Shown in pieces: positions 60,809 through 64,000 of a stretch of DNA of 64,000 nucleotides. The number at the start of each line of letters is the position of its first letter. Position 1 is the first letter of the stretch. Below the pieces are notes generated by a model. It saw nothing but the letters and a program-made list of their open reading frames with translations, ran no database searches and was not told the DNA's origin. The position numbers and the translations under genes are program-made. This DNA is from Saccostrea cucullata (lineage: Eukaryota), in assembly GCF_032062105.1 (NCBI RefSeq), contig NW_026929545.1, forward strand, positions 310,001-374,000, given 5' to 3'.

Positions 60809-62595
60809 TTGAAATATCAATTCTGTGTGACAACAAAAACATATTGATTAACTTGCAGAAATATTACGAAAATGTCATATCTAAATTTTCAGATTTATTT
60901 TAAATAATAAATTAATAAATAGTTCATTTCAATATAGTTAAGTCAAATAACATACATGTATTACAATTATAATATAAAGTATTGTGTCCTGTATCTACAT
61001 GTATATTTAAAATAGTGTATCATTCCAGACCTATAACAAATATGCGTAAATGAAAGAGAATTAGGTACAGTATTTTTGACTACGGGCTATTCCAGAAAAA
61101 AATGTATGGGAGGGTTGGACGGCACTTCATATATTTTTGTATGGGTAATGGGGACTGGAGCAATTAAATTTGCATGGGTGATTGTCCTCATCCGATATAT
61201 TTTTAGATGGGTGGTTGCACTTACCCTAACAAATAATCAACTGCAAAGAACTTCCTTCCTTTCATTTTGTATAGGCCAGTAAATATTTATATTTATTTTT
61301 AAAAAAAAACGTCCTAAACAGTTGAGAAGTGTGTTTACATTGAAAGTGAAAGTAGAATCGAACAAACCGGAAACAAGGGCAGATAATTATAAAAGCACAT
61401 GGTGCAATGACAGTGGAGGATTGGGACACAATTTCTTTGTGTTCTTGTATTCTTTGTTGCTTCCAGCTCAAGTTTAATTTCAGCAATTTATTCAAACGTG
61501 ATTACATCGGTAAATTAAATGATATTAGAAACAGAGAGATCGTTTGATTAAAACCGAAAGTAGAAAAAAAACGTATCTGATAATAAAACATTTTAGAGCA
61601 TGACTATGGAGTTTGCAAGTCAAATATTTTACTTTATACCAAATACGGTGTAAAATAATGTTTATGTATAACAGAGTTTGTAACAATTAATATGCATGTA
61701 TTATGTCAATAAATACATGTACCAATCCCTAACCTGTTGAGTGTTACCTCGAATATATTTTTAACCCAGCCATAACATACAAATGAATTTATGAAATATA
61801 TTTCAGAAACAAGTGCCTGCACGGTTGTTAGGTGGGATTGAGACTTCGTAATTTTTTTTTCACGTCCCACTAAATAGACAATGCCTTACATAACTACATA
61901 ACTTTAGTCCCCCCCCCCCTAAAAAAACCCTTACTAAAGAACTTCGGACTTGAACTAAAAAAAATTAGCTGATTGTAAAATCTTACAGAACTTTTGTTTC
62001 TGTTAAAATTTGCAGAAAAAATATCTTTCTAAATTCTTTTCAAAAAAGATTAAAACTATTTTCAAAGTAATGAAAAAATGAAAGTTTTATGCATAATATT
62101 TAGATTTCCATCATATTTATTTTTTTTTCTTTTTAAATGAGTCCATTGTTTGGATACATTCCAAAAACGAACACTCATTTCAAGTTGCATAAAGTGCAAA
62201 TGCTTGAAAAAGTACCGGTACGTAAAATTTTATTATACATAACTTAAAACACAATTCTTTAAAAAAAAAAGTATTTTAAATTTAGATGGGTGGTTGTATT
62301 ATAAGCATTTTTAATTTGATGGGCGGTGGAGGAGAAAGCAATTAAAAATGTATGGGTGGTGGGGTAAAAATAAAAGTGCCTTCCAACCCCCCCATACATT
62401 TTTTTCTGGAATAGCCCTAAATAAAATCCTGATTGATGTGATCACTTTAATAACATTCTTATAAAACTCTGTTTTTAGGAAGTGTAAGCTTCTATACCCT
62501 GGTTTCCGTCTGTCAATGGTGTACTTTGGTTGCCAGTTTCTTTGGGTCTCATGTTTCCATGACGCCAATCTCTTCTTCTGGCGCGCTGAGAAAGC
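57727..62595 (-). CDS. SAMD4A: Smaug/SAMD4 homolog, 3' exons only (gene continues beyond the window): 62595-62498, 58984-58795, 58493-58418, 58133-58038, 57755-57727
   Basis: AFSARQKKRLASWK and C-terminal LDSLCLSVTEHALG match motifs I recall from SAMD4 (AFTETQKKRLLSWK; LESLCLSMTEHALG); exon phases are compatible; A/B paralog label is nominal. Confidence 0.82.
58521..58717. repeat. Tandem direct duplication of ~98 bp in a SAMD4 intron
   Basis: ttgttattctttcaaaagtctgcaaac...ctcatgagtggttt occurs twice head-to-tail. Confidence 0.9.
59144..60804 (+). mobile_element. Helentron/HINE-type element carrying ~8 tandem ~166-bp Cg170-like satellite monomers
   Basis: 5' aacaagaggcccatgggccacatcgctcacctgag; catgatttt recurs about every 166 bp from ~59289 to ~60452; (ggac)n; 3' agctcacttgagctttcagctcaggtgagct-aaaa hairpin. 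Confidence 0.88.
61084..62417. mobile_element. PIF/Harbinger-like non-autonomous element, ~1.3 kb
   Basis: ~35-bp TIR gggctattccagaaaaaaatgtatgggagggttgga / tccaacccccccatacatttttttctggaatagccc. Confidence 0.8.
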
Positions 62596-63032
62596 CTGGA
62601 AATAACATGGAATTACAGTAGGGACCTTTTGATTCCAAGTTGCTAATGGAAAGCTCAATCTTTAAATGCTTATGTTATAGTGGTTTTTTTTATCAGAATT
62701 AGAAGAAATACACTGTTCATGTATATTGCATTTCAACATACTGTCTACTATGTATTAAATAGCAATAGTATTTAAAATACTTATTGATACAACTCTGTAA
62801 AGATATTATTTGATTTAAGGATACCCGGTAAGTAATTGAGGAAATAAGAAGTGATTATATTGAAGGATCAATACTCTAGCTACAAGAATCAACCAGAAGT
62901 CTCTGTCGAGACTGAAGCTCTACTGGTTTGTACTTATAGCAAAGGAAGAGGAAAGTACTTAAGCAGTTGGGAATTGAAAATTTGCACAGGCAAAAAAGAG
63001 AATAATGATCCTTGAATAAGTCTCTTTATGTT

Positions 63033-64000
63033 CTTAGTGTAGTCTACTTGCAAGCCACATTATATTATAATCTAAAACTGTATTGAAGTAGCAAATTTGA
63101 GAGTAACAGAAATTGCTATCTTTATTAACCAAGGTAATAATGTTAATTGAAGTCAAAAACAGATATAAAGAATTATGTACCTTAGTGTAGTCTACTTGAG
63201 TGCCAAGTTATATTGAAATCATACCAAAACTGTAGGAGGAATAGCATTTTGAAAGAATTTCACAGAAATTTCTATTTTTGGTAACAACGCCAACACCGTT
63301 CGTCGAAATCAAAAACCGATATACAGAATTATGTATCTTAGTGTAGTCTACTTGTGTGCCAAGTTATATTGAAATCAGACTAAATTTGTAGGAGTAGCAT
63401 TTTGAAAGAATTTCACAGAAATTTCTATTTTTAGTAACAATGCCAACACCGTTCGTTGAAATCAAAAACCGATATACAGAATTATGTATCTTAGTGTAGT
63501 CTACTTGTGTGCCAAGTTATATTGAAGTTAGACCAAAACTGTAGGAGGTGTAGCATTTGGAAAGAATTTCACAGAAATTTTTATTTTTAGTAACAACGCC
63601 AACATCGTTCGTCGAAATCAAAAACCGATACACAGAATTATGTAACTTAGTGTAGTCTATTTGTTTGCCAAGTTATATTGAAATCATACCAAAACTGTAG
63701 GAGTAGCAGCATTTTGAAAGAATTTCACAGAAATTTCTATTTTTAGTAACAACGCCAACATCGTTCATTGAAATCAAAAACCGATACACAGAATTATGTA
63801 TCTTATTGTAGTCTACTTGTGTGCCAAGTTATATTGAAGTCAGACCAAAACTGTAGGAGGAGTAGCATTTTGAAAGAATTTCACAGAAATTTCTATTTTT
63901 AGTAACAACGCCAAAACCGTTCCTCGAAATCAAAAACCGATACACAGAATTATGTATCTTAGTGTAATCTACTTATATGCCAAGTTATATTGAAATCAGA
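63033..64000. repeat. ~156-bp tandem satellite array, at least 6 copies, runs off the window
   Basis: cttagtgtagtctacttg or a close variant at 63033, 63181, 63337, 63490, 63646, 63802, 63958. Confidence 0.92.

Noticed and set aside
59200-64000. CRISPR-like arrays
   Set aside because: Monomers repeat along their whole length with no unique spacers; no cas genes; eukaryotic context

Overview
AT-rich, intron-containing animal DNA, most likely an oyster or related bivalve (a ~166-bp Cg170-like satellite sits inside a Helentron-type element, and MITEs are dense). The left half (3.2-33.1 kb) is a cluster of seven genes I cannot assign to a named family. I spliced each by hand into an in-frame model; all encode secreted low-complexity proteins and start with a signal-peptide exon followed by a phase-1 intron. 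Six are built from a recurring [FY]-[DN]-P-[NDS] motif, and four carry prohormone-style signals (KR/RR followed by Gln, and/or Gly followed by basic residues). The 789-aa member looks like a polyprotein of five pyroGlu-to-amide units, roughly one per duplicated exon. The right half holds RBM25 (-), MRPS12 (-) head-to-head with SLC25A21 (+), and the 3' end of a Smaug/SAMD4 homolog (-). Exon models come from GT-AG sites and frame continuity only, with no transcript data.
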